Below are positions 1-11,671 of a stretch of 64,000 nt of DNA, piece after piece. The notes beneath the pieces were generated by a model, which was not told the origin of the DNA, did no database searches, and saw only the letters and a program-made list of their open reading frames with translations. The DNA lies in the NCBI RefSeq assembly GCF_006345805.1, contig NC_043012.1, positions 44,702,001 through 44,766,000 on the forward strand. Reading direction: 5' to 3'. The first letter of the stretch is position 1. Every line of letters starts with the position of its first letter. The DNA is from Octopus sinensis (taxonomy: Eukaryota). The position numbers and the translations under genes are program-made.

Positions 1-420
1 TATATATAGATATATATATATATATGCAGTTGTGTGTAGATACGTTTATATGGCCCTTGTGGTTAGAATTATTTATATCAATACAGCTGTTCATATATCT
101 AATTTTAACATTTTTATTCCGTTTTATCTAACTTGGTGATTGTTGTTTTTCACTTATTTGCTTTTTCCATCTCTTCATTGTCTACATATATTTTTTGAGT
201 ACGTATATTTCATGACATACGTTTGCTTTTGTATATATACATATATGTATGTATGTGGGTTTTGTGTGTGTACATGCCTTTGTACACGTATGTGTGAATA
301 TGCATTTGTGTCTGTGTCTGTATGTATATATATTTACATATATATACTTCAGTATATACTTATATGACTGCATGTATGCATATACATACATACACATACA
401 CACACATATGCATGCATACA

Positions 421-452
<32 letters not shown>

Positions 453-470
453 CATACAGCAGTCACTATA
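1..470. repeat. Compound microsatellite region (TA, TG, CATA)
   Basis: Visible di- and tetranucleotide runs; overlapping ORFs are Y/I/C/V/H/T low-complexity artefacts. Confidence 0.9.
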
Positions 471-474
471 TAAT

Positions 475-621
475 AAGTAGCTTGCTTACCAATCACATGG
501 CTCTGGGTTCAGTCCCACTGCGTGGGACCTTGGATAAATGTCTTCTGCTATAGCCTCGGGCCTTGTGAGTGGATTTGGTAGACGGAAACTGAAAGAAGCA
601 CCTCGTAAGTATATATATATA

Positions 622-652
<31 letters not shown>

Positions 653-838
653 GTGTGTGTGTGTGTGTTTGTGTGTCTGTGTTTTTTCCCCCCATCACTT
701 ATTGGTGTGTTTACGTCCCCGAAATTTAGCGCTTCAGCAAAAGAGACCGACAGGCTTACAAAGAATAAGTTCTGGGGGCGGTTTGTTCGACTAAAGGCGG
801 TGCTCCAGCATGGTCGCAGTCAAACACGTAAAAGAATA
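475..838 (+). mobile_element. tRNA-derived SINE family B, 5' truncated, with internal (TA)n(TG)n
   Basis: AAGTAGCTTGCTTACC..GGGTTCAGTCCC (B box)..ACCTTGGATAAATGTCTT..GTAGACGGAAACTGAAAGAAGC, microsatellite, tail GGCGGTGCTCCAGCATGG; homologous to copies at 33310, 45018 and 62721. Confidence 0.9.
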
Positions 839-854
839 ATATATATATATATTT

Positions 855-976
855 TATATTTAGGAGCGGTCAAAAATGTTTTTGAGTTCTTGTTAAAAGG
901 CGACCTTTGTAAATCTTTTGGTTTGAGATCCTTTCATTCAATTTTGGTATGGTGTGCCCATATTTAGTTTCACACA

Positions 977-1036
<60 letters not shown>

Positions 1037-2222
1037 TCACAGACACATGTATCCACACATCTACACATGCATGTATACATCCATCCATCCATCCACACAG
1101 ACAAATTCACTCACACACACACGCATACACACACACACACACACACACACACTGACACACACATACATTTCCACAGACACTTACACACCTACATCTACGT
1201 TCACATACATTCGCACATACACCCACAAAGTGAACAAAAAATATTACCACCACCATCAGAACTACCATCTCAACAACCCACAGAAAGACACCAGTCAAAC
1301 ACTGCCTGAATAAGGATAAGTATATATAAATTGAATTAAACTAGTATCAGCTCACGAACTGTGACCATGCTGGGGCAACACCATTTTATTTTGTGACATA
1401 CACATTTCTTACTTCGCAAAAAATGTTTTTTAGAACTTGACATTCGATGCATGAGAGAATCTGACACCGTTGACTTCTCTGGCCCTTCTTGCTGTGAAGT
1501 TAAATTCATCTGGGTCCCTTGAGAGTAAGAGATCTAATCCTGCTTTTTGATGACACTTACATCCACCTGATATGAGTATATACTCCTTTTTGTACTATCA
1601 TATGTACGCATGTGCATATATGTGGGGAAATATCTATAGGTGTGTGCATATATGTGTATATATATGTGTGTGCAGGTATATAAGTATGTATAGTTACATA
1701 AAAATATGTTTGTATGGATGTACATCCTCTTATGTGTGTATGTATGAATACATAAGCATGTATACACACGTGCGTATATATGTGAGTGTGTGTGTATGTG
1801 TGAGTGTATGTATATGTATATGCGCGTGTATATATATATATATATAATATATATATATATGGTGTGTGTGTGTGTTGTGTGTGTGTACATATGTATGTTC
1901 GTATGGATATTTATATATATGTATACACATGGAGAATGTGTATGTATGTGAATGTGTGTGTGTGGGGGGGTTGTATGCGCGAATGTATGTTTATATATCT
2001 GTGTACGTAGATGCAGGTGTGTATTTATACGTGTGGATGCGTGTATACACGCATGTGTAGCTGTGTGGATGTATGTTTGTGTGTGTATGTGTGTGTGTGT
2101 GGATGTGACTAAATAAGGGCACACCATACCCAAAATGAATAAAATGACCTCAAATCAAAAGATTTGCAAAGGTCATCTTCTGACAAGAACTCAACAACGT
2201 TTTTGACCATTCCTAAAAAGAT
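855..2222. repeat. Inverted repeat pair (about 855-1085 and 2025-2222) enclosing microsatellites and a LINE end
   Basis: TTTAGGAGCGGTCAAAAATGTTTTTGAGTTCTTG...GGTATGGTGTGCCCATATTTAGT matches the reverse complement of 2105-2222 at roughly 80% identity by eye. Confidence 0.85.
1325..1545 (-). mobile_element. Diverged 3' terminal fragment of the CR1-group LINE seen at 40015-41605
   Basis: Shares TGCATGAGAGA, TTCATCTGGG, AAGAGATC and the terminal (minus strand) CCCCAGCATGG..CACAG..GTGAGCTGA motif with 40020-40210. Confidence 0.75.
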
Positions 2223-2499
2223 TTTCTTTCTTTATTCCTGACACTCTAATCTCTTCTCACCACCATTTTCAACTACTTCTTGTCTTCTTACCGTCCCACC
2301 TTTTTTTCATTCCTTTCCATCCTTTTTTCCTTTTTCCTTTTTCTTCTTTTTTCATACATGCTGTTGTATTTAGTTTTTGTAGTCTTTTATTATTTATTTC
2401 ATTTTATTTTTTATATTAGATTTTATATTCTTTATTCAAAAAAAATTTTTTTCTATCATTTATTTCCTATTTTTATATATTATTTGTATACTTGTACGA

Positions 2500-4240
2500 A
2501 AAAATTCTGTTGCTATATAAACCTTCTAAACCACAGAATTTGCATCCTTAAGAATTTCTTTTCCATTCTTTTTGAGCTTGTGGAAGGATAGGGTTCTGTT
2601 CCAAGAAAGTGTATATTCTTTCAGTTAGTATCGATGTGAGGATCTTGTAGCTGGTGTTTAGACATGTAATCGGTCGGTAGTCCTTTGGATTTTTTTGTGT
2701 TTTCAGTGTTTGATAGAAGGTATGTTGTTCCTTCGGCGAGCCACGTATGTATTTGCTCTGGGTTCTAGATGACACCAGTCAAGGATACAGCAAAATGTTG
2801 GTGTACTTCTGTCAAACAATTCAGCCAGGAGCTAGGGACCCGGTCCAGTCCTGGGGTTCTCCATTTGTGAGACTTTCTAAGAACACATCTTAGCTCTTCT
2901 ACTCCTATTGTCTCCCATTTCTGCTCTTCAACTTCATCCAGTCTCACTTTCTTATGTTCTATCCAGTCAGCTTCAGTATTATATTATTTTTTATTGCTCC
3001 ATATCTTCTGCCAGAGCTTTTCCACTTTCTCAATCCTAGGTGGCTCCTTTACCTCTATCCCACTTTGCCAATTGCCCTGTAAAATCTTTTTGCAACCGTC
3101 TTGGATACCTTGTTTTGTCGATAAAATTTGATTATTTGTCATACCTTCTGAGCTGTTTGGCTTTCAGTTCTATTCGTTGTTTCACTAGTTCCTTGATTGC
3201 AGGGAGGTTTATAGAATCTTTGATTTTATATTCTTTGCTTGCTTTTGCTAGCTTGCTTCGTCTCAACATTTACTCCTCTAGCAAGTTCATCGAGAACTGA
3301 TACATCCGCCCGCAAAAATTCGATCTCTTTTGTATTGCTACTTTCCACTTAGGAGGTCTGTTGACATGGTTAGTCCTTTTCTGTGTCGTCCTGATACCTA
3401 ATTGAGCAGTTACAACTTTAGCAGTGGAATAGATGAGGTTATTTTAAGTTGTTAGGTCATTTCCCTTATTTCTTAAGATCTGTCTAAGAGCAATATTATA
3501 TATTATGATTATGTTGTTATTTCTTATGTTGTTGAGAGCTTTGGTAGCGGTTCTCTATTGATCATATCAGTAAACTCAGTCTTGCTGAGTTCTCTTATAA
3601 TATCTTCTTTTGCTTCTATGATCTTCTCTTTATTATTCGCCTCAAATTCTGTATCATATCTATTCTGGTGTTCTTGAGGTAGGTCTACTTTCTCCTCTTT
3701 TTCCGCATGTCCGTTCTTCGCATGCTTTCTTCAGCTTCTTCGTTGGAATGTACTGCTCATACACTAGGTTCTATGCATCTGTTGCCTATTTCCTCTGCAT
3801 TGTTGCTGTTTTCATTTGGCTTATCATTGGATATTTGTCATTCTAATTAGGCTAATTTCAGTATCAGTTAACCTTTTGTTCTTAATGATGCTTCTACGTA
3901 CATAATTCATTTGCGCCTATATATTTGCGTACTTCGTTACCGACTAAGTTTATTCATGAAGTGTAAGTTTGTACAATAAGGTTATTGTTTGGACTTAGCA
4001 GGGCTGTATAGAAAACTTTCAACACATCTCTATAATCCTCTCCAGTCCATTTTATGTGTTTTGCTTTAGGTGGTGTTTTTGGTGGTGTCACTACAGGTCC
4101 AGAGTTAGGGTTATCCTGGTTCAGGTTACCTGGCAGTTCGTTTTTTTGAGAGTTTTTTTCAAGCAGCTGATTTTTCGACATCGATTAGAAAGCATTTTTT
4201 CTTTTTATCTTTTTTCTTTTCTCTCTTTCTTTCTTCTTAT
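2500..4240 (-). mobile_element. R4/Dong-clade non-LTR retrotransposon relic (N-terminus to start of RT)
   Basis: Minus ORFs: KWTGEDYRDVLKVFY (3954-4181), KSHKWRTPGLDRVP (2765-2947), KDYRPITCLNTSYKILTSILTERI (2548-2775); frameshifted; 5' end abuts (TAA)n. Confidence 0.85.
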
Positions 4241-4272
4241 AAGCAGCATTTCGTCTGTGTTTAACGTTCTGA

Positions 4273-4277
<5 letters not shown>

Positions 4278-4335
<58 letters not shown>
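4278..4335. repeat. (TAT/TAA)n microsatellite
   Basis: Perfect triplet run between two R4-type fragments. Confidence 0.95.
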
Positions 4336-4339
4336 TATG

Positions 4340-4900
4340 GTTTCCTTTCTTTATAACTTTGTTTCAGTTGCCTTAGTACCGGGCATCCTCCGGAGGTCAA
4401 GAGTAGCAAGGACACTTTTGTTTTGTTATGCATCACCACATTTATTCCATTTTAGATAGAGAGTGCTTTCCTTAGTAGATGGGCTGTATCCATCAAGGTT
4501 CTCTTTTGTAGTTCACGGAGATTGGAGTTACAAAGGAGTTGCTTTATATAATTCTCAGCTCCGTTCTTTATCATTCCCAACGCACCAATTACTACTTGTA
4601 TTATCATAGTACTAACCTTCCACATTTCTGTCATTTCAATTTGCAGATCTTTACAGTGAGAAAGCTTTTCGTATTTGTTTTCTTGAGACATTTTGATCTT
4701 GTGGGACAGACATATCTATTAACAGACAAGTTCCTCTGTTATAGTCCTTGATTACAATGTCTTGTCAATTTGTCTGTCTGTTTGTATTGGAAGTTCCAAA
4801 GGATGGTGGCGCCCTCACCATTTACTACATCCTCTGGATGGTGCCTGTACCATTTATCATGGGATTTGATTTTGTAGTATTTATAAGCATTCCAATGGAT
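4340..4900 (-). mobile_element. R4/Dong-type 3' end (RLE nuclease C-terminus plus 3' UTR)
   Basis: KYEKLSHCKDLQIEMTEMWKV..VVIGALGMIK..ELQKRTLMDTAHLLRKALSI (4452-4691); ends at the TAA repeat. Confidence 0.85.
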
Positions 4901-4904
4901 GTAC

Positions 4905-4921
4905 TATTATTATTATTATTA

Positions 4922-4974
<53 letters not shown>

Positions 4975-4994
4975 TATTGTTATTATTATTATTA

Positions 4995-5041
<47 letters not shown>

Positions 5042-5225
5042 TTAATATTATTACCATCATCATCTTCAACATCGTCATCACCGTCATCATCATCATCATC
5101 GCCATCATCATCATCATCATCCCCTATCATCATCACCATCATCATTATCATCCTCATCCTCATCATCATCGTCGTCATCATCGTCGTCGTCGTCGTCATC
5201 ATCATCGTCATCATCGTCATCATCG
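4905..5225. repeat. Graded compound triplet repeat (TAT)n-(CAT)n-(CGT/CAT)n
   Basis: Seen directly in the sequence. Confidence 0.95.
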
Positions 5226-5419
5226 TTTGGTCATTATTTCTGTAAGTCGGAAATGATTTATTTGTATTTTTGTCTTAATAGTTGTTTATCTCAGGTTTGC
5301 AAATTTACAATCGATATTTCTGCGGAGAAGAGACAAGAACAACAACAGCAACAACGACAACAGCAGATAACAATAACATTAAAATAACCACGTGAGAGGA
5401 AACTAATGAAAATGTTAGT

Positions 5420-5669
5420 AATATTGCGCATACAGGTGTCTATCCGTCTGTCTATATTTATACATATGTGTGATTTATTTCTGTATGTATGTATGTATGT
5501 ATGTATGTATGTATGTATGTATGTATGTATGTATGTATGTATGTGTGTGTGTATGCATGCATGTATAAATGTATATGTGAGTATGTATGTACGTATGCAT
5601 GTGTGTGTATGAGCATGTATGTACGTGTGTATGTGTGTGAGTATGTATGTTTGTAAGTACGTATGTATG

Positions 5670-5703
<34 letters not shown>

Positions 5704-6070
5704 TATATGTGTGTGTATATATGTATGTATGTATGTGTGTATGTGTGTATGTATGTATGTGTGTATGTATGTATGTATGTATGTATGTATGTATGTATGT
5801 ATATATGCATGTATGTCTGTATGCGTGCATGCATGTATGTATGTGTGTATGTATGCAAGTCGTCTGTCTGTCTGTATGTGTGTGTATATCTATGTACGCA
5901 TGTATGTGTGTGTATGTATGTATATATGTATGTATGTGTGTGTGTGTAGAAGTGCTTGTGTAGGTGTATGTGCAAATACATTAATGTGCATGCGTATGTT
6001 TTCACGAGTATGTGGGTGTGTGTATTTATGCGTGTGTGCTCCATTTTGTGTTGTGTATGTGTGTGTGTCC
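5420..6070. repeat. (TATG)n/(TG)n microsatellite field
   Basis: Seen directly in the sequence. Confidence 0.95.
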
Positions 6071-6212
6071 ATGTGCGCGCTCACGTGCGTGTAAGAGTGG
6101 TGTGTTTTCGTTTTTGCTTAAAAGCAAAATTGTTGCTGTTTGCTTTTAATGTTTATCAATTGCGTCGCTTTCAACTTGATGTCATTAGCTCCTCTCACTA
6201 ATGCCACCAACA

Positions 6213-6216
6213 CAGT

Positions 6217-6291
<75 letters not shown>

Positions 6292-6850
6292 CTCCTGCAC
6301 CGCCTCTAACTACTACCAGTTTCTACTATCACTCACCATTACCACCCACACACTGATATCACCAAAATTAATAATACAACCGCCAACATATCTCATCAGC
6401 ACCACTAGCACCACCATCACTACCATCACCACCATTACCACCAACACTACCCTTACCCCGACAACTACTACCACTACCATCATCATTACTACCATCACTA
6501 GCATCAACATCATTACTACCACCTTCACCACAACCATCGCTCTCACCTTTATTATCACATCATCACAACAAACGTACGTCACTGGTACCATCACCACTAC
6601 CAACTTCACTACTCTTACTGCCATCACAATTAAAACTACGAGAAGAATCACCAGCACCGTTTCCACTACCACCGCCATTAACACACTTCTCCCACCATGA
6701 ATATGATAATATATCACAATTCTTATCATCAGCACACTCAATCCCACCACCACCACCACCACCATGATCACTATTGCAGAACAACTACTACTGCCACCTC
6801 TACAACCACCCTCCCCTCCCCACCACTACATCGGTTGTCATTATCCCAAC
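6213..6850. repeat. (ACT)n followed by a degenerate ACC/ATC/ACT triplet tract
   Basis: Perfect run at 6213-6290, then cryptic triplets; the Thr-rich ORF is an artefact. Confidence 0.9.
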
Positions 6851-6859
6851 TCCCATCAT

Positions 6860-8220
6860 CTCTACTACCGCGATTTTGGTTGCTTAAAGATTTAGCAAAG
6901 AAGTACCTGCGTTGATGAAGAATCGACAAAACTGATGGACATGAGACCGTCAGGTCAACTCACGATGATTCTCACGTGAGTTTGATAATGGGGTCTTTAG
7001 AAAGTGTTTCCTGGCTGATGGCCAATGATATACACCGAAACAAGTTGCACAATTCTACCGCAATATGTCATTAGAAGAAAGGATGCATGCACACATGCTA
7101 ACGGTCATGCATGGCTACATTCTAAGATGACGTCAGAGTGACAGAAACATTGATAACCAGAGTGGTCTATCCTGGACTAATAACTGCAATATTAGCTCTA
7201 ACTTTGAAGGATATGTTTCATATAAGAGCAGGATATGCTACAATATACTGGGGCACAAAAGATATATGAAAGCTGGTAAACCACTCAGAAGCGACAACTG
7301 ATGCAGAAACATTGATAACCAGAGTGGTCTATCCTGGACTAATAACTGCAATATTAGCTCTAACTTTGAAGGATATGTTTCATATAAGAGCAGGATATGC
7401 TACAATATACTGGGGCACAAAAGATATATGAAAGCTGGTAAACCACTCAGAAGCGACAACTGATGCAGCTGGTTTGGAATTAACCTTTAGGTTGTCATCC
7501 ACATTATTGGAATTGTCAGCCACATCGCCTCTTACAGACGATTCTCGTCTGTCACTGATATGAGTTCTTTTAAGTAGCAACCCGAAAGTTTCCTTATGGT
7601 ATTAGCTACTTATAAGACATGAGATCATTGCAAGAACACTATATAATGAAATCCGTACAAAGAATAATCTTGTGGATAGAAATATGAGGAGCTACACTGA
7701 TGCGGAGTGGGTCGTAACCACTCATAATTCAGAAGAAATGGTGGAACATCCCCGTCAAAACTTCAATACAACACTAGAACAACAAACCAGGCATAATTAT
7801 TTGGGGCAAAGTACGGAAATTAAGCACAGTAATTGAAATAAGTTACCCAGCAAATGTTATCAAACTATTAAAGATTAGTGAAAAAGAGCATATCTTAAGT
7901 TTTCTGCCAGTAGCTTTTTGACTGCTTAGCTAAGTAACTACTACAGTACCAACCTTGAGAACCTGGAATTCACAGAATCAAAAAGAATGCACCTTGCCAG
8001 AAGATTACATCTATGAGCTGTCAAAGGTAGTGTCAAAATATGTTGAATATTCATGAAGTTCAGCATGTAATACAGGATGAGGTGAATAAATGGTCGTTAA
8101 ATTACGCAAAAATGAAAATAACACTGAAGAGCCTGGGCAGTTCCTGGTAATTCCTGGAAGTTCCGGCGTCCGTAACAGACGATTCTCGTCTGTCAATGAT
8201 ATGAATATGAGTGGTTTTAT
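6860..8220 (+). mobile_element. R4-type RLE non-LTR retrotransposon relic (post-RT, Zn finger, RLE, 3' UTR)
   Basis: Manual translation: HGYILR*RQSDRNID..SNFEGYV..HKR..AGKPLRSDN*C; SCPKVS..RHEIIARTLYN; KISEKEHI; C-terminal RRLHL*AVKGSVKIC, similar to the end of the 16185-16690 fragment. Confidence 0.7.
7142..7468 (+). repeat. Perfect 162-bp tandem duplication
   Basis: Unit CAGAAACATTGATAACC...GCGACAACTGATG starts at 7142 and 7304; CAG recurs at 7466. Confidence 0.95.
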
Positions 8221-8490
8221 GCACCTTGTGTCCATATGAGAGGTCCTCTCAAGGTAAATAATGCAGTATTTGGTGTTCTAAAGCAACATATACACTACGT
8301 TGAACATGAAGATTCTCGATTGGTGTTTTGGGCGATTATAGACTCTGTCAACACACATGTATACAATTATGTGCTTTAACTACAGCTTTAGAGTATTTTA
8401 GCTCTTATTTCTAGCACTGTAGTTGTTCTAACACCCTTAGTTGCATTTAGTGACATAGTTTTCCTTTAAGGTAAAATATTGCGCATCGCT

Positions 8491-8529
<39 letters not shown>

Positions 8530-8532
<3 letters not shown>

Positions 8533-8698
8533 TTCGGAATGGTCATTTTGCCAGTTTAGCCAATAAAAACACACGCACTATATATTTGGTGCTATTTTGC
8601 TTCAGTGTTATTTATTTTTTACATTAATCTTAATCTTATTTCGGCCAGAGTTCTTTCGTCACACTCCTGTGACCGCAAAATGACTATTCCGAATATAA
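8530..8698. mobile_element. Short element bounded by inverted repeats (MITE-like)
   Basis: TTCGGAATGGTCATTTTGC (8533-8551) versus GCAAAATGACTATTCCGAA (8675-8693), one mismatch; flanked by (TA)n. Confidence 0.6.
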
Positions 8699-8755
8699 CA
8701 ATATCTGTTTCAACACGACTTCACATAAGAAATCTTGCACAACAAATATTTTAAC

Positions 8756-8825
<70 letters not shown>

Positions 8826-8908
8826 AAATACAAGGTAGCTAAATGTTGCTTAAGTTTCCCCGGATTTAATTCCGAGATAATAAGTCGTATTTAATAGTAA
8901 ATAGGAAA

Positions 8909-9215
8909 ATTGAATGAGGAGACGAAGGCTCAGGCTGTTGTTAAACCATTTATATCTTGAAGTCTTCTACATATGTTTCGATGGATGCACTCCAAGAATG
9001 TCCGACAGGATAAATTATGGTCAGCAATACACCAATCTCATCAGGAAGGATATAAATAAGAAACTCGTCAAACAGACATGTTAACAGAAAAAGAAAGTCC
9101 TATAAAATACAACGTATTTATATTCATATGCACACGCGCGTACACACACTCAAATATGTGATGTGTAAATATAAACATAATATACAGACAAAAAACACAA
9201 ACGTATATACACATA
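8909..9215 (-). repeat. Left arm of a ~300-bp inverted repeat (hammerhead-bearing unit)
   Basis: Reverse complement of 11238-11542. Confidence 0.9.
8964..9048 (-). ncRNA. Type-I hammerhead ribozyme
   Basis: Minus strand CTTC-CTGATGA-GATTGGTGTA...TGCATCCATC-GAAA-CATATG-TA-GAAG: core intact, stem I CTTC/GAAG, stem II paired with wobbles, palindromic stem III, GUA cleavage triplet. Confidence 0.85.
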
Positions 9216-9379
9216 TACATACGCAGGCATTAATATAATGCACATACACACACGTATATATATAAATGCACACTCACGCATATATATTATATAAACATAT
9301 ACATAATTATATTCATACAAACACACATTCATAAATATTCAAATACATACATATATAGGCAGAAATATACTCACACTCA

Positions 9380-10520
9380 TATAATATAATATCTACACAT
9401 ATACTCGTACATACTCTTGCAGCAAAGACATAGAAACATACTTGTGCAAAAATATATGTTTACGATCTCATACTTCTTATGCACATAAACAAACGATCAT
9501 ACACATACCCAAGAGCACACACACCCCAAAACATCGATAGACCCAAACACATAATTGTATACACATACACACACTTACTTAAGCACATATGCATTATTGT
9601 TCATTCACAAAATACTTACATATGAACAGGGGACGCTAGGAATTTAAATTGACGCTATCGAAACAAACTAGATATAGTGAGAGAAGATGTATAGAAAGAT
9701 AGGGAGGAGGAAAGAAAGGAAGGATAAAACAAAGTAAGAGAGAGAGGAGAGGAACGTGCAAATTGTAAATATAAAAAATGCATGAAAAGGAAGGAAAGAA
9801 GGAGAGAGGGGGGAATTATGGGAAGTAAGATGGAAGAAAAAAATAAAGAAAATTTGCAGAAATTATTATTAGGTTATGGGAAGAAATTATTTGAAAGAAC
9901 TAAAAAAGTGTTAGTTCAAAGAAAACATTTAGAAACTCACACTCACTCTCATAAGCATATATAACTACACATATACTAATACATATTCCTACTTCAAACA
10001 CGCAGATCCACACATATGCTTTAATAGACGTTTACGATCTGTCGCTTATAAACATAAACAAACGTTCACACACATACAGAAGAACACACACATCCTAAAA
10101 CAACGACAGACAGAAACACACTATAATAAACCCATACACACTAAGAATATATACATTATTGTGCACACCGAAATATACAAACGTACGATAGCAAAAACGG
10201 GTATATACGCATATATGTATATGGAAAGCCAGGTAGTAGGGTAACTCTACAAATTTACAATGGTTTTAAGGAAATTAACTAGATTGGGTAAGAGAAGGAG
10301 AAAAGGAATGGAAAGATATGGAACAAAAAAAAAACGAAGTAAAAAGCGAGAGTGAAGAGGAACAGGGGAATTGCATACATGAAAATGCATAAAAAAAAGT
10401 AAAGAAGGGAGAGTAAAGGCTATGGGAAGATGGAAGAATAAAGAAAAGAAAATTTGCAGAAAATATTATTAGCTTACAGGTGGATATTATTTGAAAGAAG
10501 TAAAAGAGTGTTTTTTCCAA
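9380..10520 (+). repeat. Diverged tandem duplication, period about 590 bp
   Basis: GTTTACGATCT..CATAAACAAACG..AAAACA and GATGGAAGAA..AAGAAAATTTGCAGAAA..TATTTGAAAGAA each occur twice (about 9460/10030 and 9830/10430). Confidence 0.75.
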
Positions 10521-10765
10521 TGAATGCATTTGTAAACTCTCTCTGTAAATTTGTTTACCAATATGTGTTTAGAGGGGAGAATAAAATAATGCTCTTCCGT
10601 GCATAAAGGACAGAAAGATTTCCCTTTATCATAAGGAATGTGTACGAGTATATGTTTAGATATATATGCATATGTGTGTGAGTATATTTCTGCCTATGGA
10701 TGTATTTGAATATATAAGTAAGTGTATGTATATATATGTATATATTTATGTGTATGGTCATATAA

Positions 10766-10810
<45 letters not shown>

Positions 10811-10888
10811 TCTGAAAAGTTAGAGAATGCAAGTCGGTAGAATCGCACATGCTTCTAACGATATGTACTTCTAGGATAACAAAGGCTG

Positions 10889-10962
10889 CTTACTGAAGAG
10901 TCTAGCCTTGGTAGATAAATTATATTTTTCTGCTAAAAAAAAAGACGAAACTGCAGTATAAG
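10889..10962 (+). ncRNA. Type-I hammerhead ribozyme
   Basis: CTTA-CTGAAGA-GTCT...AGAC-GAAA-CTGCAG-TA-TAAG: stem I CTTA/TAAG, stem II GTCT/AGAC with a long insert, palindromic stem III, GUA site at 10956-10958. Confidence 0.85.
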
Positions 10963-11237
10963 ATGAGCCGAGTTTGTAAACGTTTTTGATTTTCATTTCA
11001 TTGAATTTATCCACTTTTTGTGTATCTAGTACTTGCTTCTTCTTTTAGAGGCCTTTTAATGTACTTATATATGAATAACATATAGTCTAATGACTAATTT
11101 GTCTTTTGTGCTAGATCACTGGTAATAATAAATTATTTTATTACCCTTTTTACTATGTTTACATATATATATATATGTATGTATGTATGTATATATGTAT
11201 ATATTTATGTATATATATATATATATGTTTATGTACA

Positions 11238-11538
11238 TGTGTGTATACGTTTGTGTTTTTTGTATGTATATAACGTTCATATTTACACGTTCACATAATT
11301 GAGTGTGTGTACGCGCGTGTGCATATGAATATAAATACGTTGTATTTTGTAGGACTTTCTTTTTTTCTTAACAGGTCTGTTTGATGAGTTTGTTATTCAT
11401 ATCCTTCCTGATGAGATTGATGCATTGCTGACCATAATTTATCCTGTCGGACATTCTTGGAGTGCATCATCGAAACATATGTAGAAGCCTTCAAGATATA
11501 AATGGTTCAACAACATCCCAAGTGTTCGTTTCCTTATT

Positions 11539-11542
<4 letters not shown>
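11238..11542 (+). repeat. Right arm of the ~300-bp inverted repeat
   Basis: Reverse complement of 8909-9215. Confidence 0.9.
11404..11487 (+). ncRNA. Type-I hammerhead ribozyme
   Basis: CTTC-CTGATGA-GAT(T)GATGCA...TGCATCATC-GAAA-CATATG-TA-GAAG; predicted cleavage after A11483. Confidence 0.88.
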
Positions 11543-11610
<68 letters not shown>

Positions 11611-11612
11611 TA

Positions 11613-11671
<59 letters not shown>

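Noticed and set aside
140-6700. Dozens of 60-190 aa ORFs rich in Y/I/H/T/C/V/M, here and throughout the window
   Set aside because: They are translations of TA, TG, TATG and triplet microsatellites, with no domain motifs.
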